The position numbers and the translations under genes are program-made. A stretch of 64,000 nt of DNA, taken from assembly GCA_963755125.1 (NCBI GenBank), contig CAVWIP010000008.1, positions 32,001 through 96,000 on the forward strand, written 5' to 3'. Shown one piece after another: positions 62,493-64,000 of the stretch (position 1 is its first letter; each line of letters begins with the position of its first letter). The notes beneath the pieces are model-generated. The model made no database searches. It worked only from the letters and a program-made list of their open reading frames with translations, and had not been told where the DNA came from. The DNA is from an uncultured delta proteobacterium (lineage in GTDB: Bacteria; Myxococcota_A; Polyangia; Fen-1088).

Positions 62493-64000
62493 ATGACGCC
62501 CCCAGAAGGCTCACGATCGCTTCCCCTGCTCTCTTTGCGGAACCTTGTGCTGTTTCCCGGCGCGGTCATGCCCGTGGAAATCGGACGCCTGTCGTCGCTG
62601 CGGCTGATCGAGAGCCTGCCGGGCAAGGGTGTCCACTTGCTGGTCGGAACGCAGAAAGACGCGGACGTGGAAGAGCCCGCGGGCGCTGACCTGTATGGTG
62701 TCTGCGTCGAGGGCGAGGTCGTGCGCATCGTCAAGGCGGCCGAGAACCGGGTGACCGCGGTCCTTCGGGGCGTCGAAAGACGGCGCATCACCGGCTTCGT
62801 GCAGGAGAAGCCGTTCCTGGTCGCCACCTATGATCCGCTGGTCGAGATTCGCAAGGATCCCATCGAGATCGACGGACTGGGCATGGCGGTTTACGACGTG
62901 GCCAAGCAGCTTATCGCCATCTCGCCCGACATTCCCGACGAGGCGGCCCAGATCCTGGACCAGAACAAGGATCCGGCGCGCCTGGGCGACATCGCTGCCG
63001 CCACCGTAGATCTGTCGGCCGAAGAGCGCGCCTCGCTTCTCGTCGAGGTGGACGTGGCCGAGCGCTTGCGCCGCCTGCTGGTTCTCCTGCAGCGCAAGGT
63101 CGAACTGATCAAGGTCAAGCAAAAGATCGACACCCAGGTGCGCGAGGAGTTCTCCAAGCACCAGCGCGAGGCGGTCCTGCGCCAGAAGTTGAAGGCCATC
63201 CAGGACGAGCTGGGCGAAGGCGACGAAGGCAGCGATCTCGATTCCTTTGAAGAGAAGATCAAGGCCTCCGGCATGGCCGAGGACACCGCCAAGGTGGCGC
63301 GCAAGCAGCTCGAACGCCTGCGCCAGATGGCGCCTTCGTCAGCCGAGTACACCGTGCAGCGCACCTACCTGGAATGGCTGGTCGAGCTGCCCTGGTCGAA
63401 GGCGACCACCGACACGCTCGACCTGGACCAGGCGCGCAAGGTGTTGGATGCCGACCACTACGACCTGCAGAAGGTGAAGAAGCGGGTGCTGGAATACCTG
63501 GCCGTGCGCAAGCTGGCGCCCGGGAAGAAGGGACCGATTCTCTGCCTGGTGGGCCCCCCCGGCGTGGGCAAGACCTCGCTGGGCAAGTCGGTGGCCCGAT
63601 CGCTGTCGCGCGAGTTCGTTCGGGCTTCGCTGGGCGGGGTGCGCGACGAGGCGGAGATCCGCGGCCACCGCCGCACGTACATCGGCGCCCTGCCTGGCCG
63701 GGTCATCCAGAGCATGCGGCGCGTGGGCACGCGCAACCCGGTGTTTATGCTCGACGAGATCGACAAGCTGGGTGCCGACTTCCGCGGCGATCCTGCGGCA
63801 GCCCTGCTGGAAGTTCTGGACCCCGAACAGAACAACGCGTTTTCCGACCACTACCTCGAGGTCAACTTCGACCTGTCCAGTGTCATCTTTATTGCCACGG
63901 CCAACACGCTGGAAACCATCCCACCCGCTCTGCTCGATCGCATGGAGGTGCTGGAAATTCCCGGCTACACGCGCGAGGAGAAGCTGGAGATCGCCAAGCG
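62493..64000 (+). CDS. lon: Lon protease (runs off window end)
   Basis: Manual translation from ATG 62493: LPLLSLRNLVLFPGAVMPVEIGR...CLVGPPGVGKTSLG...RGHRRTYIGALPG...LDEIDK...LLDRME. Confidence 0.95.
   Translation, partial: MTPPEGSRSLPLLSLRNLVLFPGAVMPVEIGRLSSLRLIESLPGKGVHLLVGTQKDADVEEPAGADLYGVCVEGEVVRIVKAAENRVTAVLRGVERRRITGFVQEKPFLVATYDPLVEIRKDPIEIDGLGMAVYDVAKQLIAISPDIPDEAAQILDQNKDPARLGDIAAATVDLSAEERASLLVEVDVAERLRRLLVLLQRKVELIKVKQKIDTQVREEFSKHQREAVLRQKLKAIQDELGEGDEGSDLDSFEEKIKASGMAEDTAKVARKQLERLRQMAPSSAEYTVQRTYLEWLVELPWSKATTDTLDLDQARKVLDADHYDLQKVKKRVLEYLAVRKLAPGKKGPILCLVGPPGVGKTSLGKSVARSLSREFVRASLGGVRDEAEIRGHRRTYIGALPGRVIQSMRRVGTRNPVFMLDEIDKLGADFRGDPAAALLEVLDPEQNNAFSDHYLEVNFDLSSVIFIATANTLETIPPALLDRMEVLEIPGYTREEKLEIAK

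Overview
High-GC bacterial chromosome segment, most likely Myxococcota (Polyangia-like). Evidence: mglB-mglA downstream of dnaX-ybaB-recR, an elbBCDE-like ether-lipid cluster, a MYXO-CTERM-like protein, a Ser/Thr kinase-PEGA module and Gly/Thr-linker lipoproteins. About 50 genes are supported. They include glycoside hydrolases (GH5, GH51 and an unassigned GH6-like lipoprotein), two multidomain lipid enzymes, cysC-tauE, tandem cNMP-binding genes ahead of tkt, pyk, a B12 radical SAM enzyme, a FitAB/VapBC toxin-antitoxin pair with its operator, fusA, a Dam-like methylase with a 130-aa PD-(D/E)XK nuclease, and clpB(frameshifted)-dnaJ-lon. Intergenic spaces carry a 157-bp MITE-like hairpin and several short gene relics absent from or unlabelled in the ORF track (RND permease, RtcB, type IIG R-M tail, MNT antitoxin, PIN toxin tail). 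No rRNA, tRNA or CRISPR array was seen. All assignments come from motif recognition by eye; no database searches were run.
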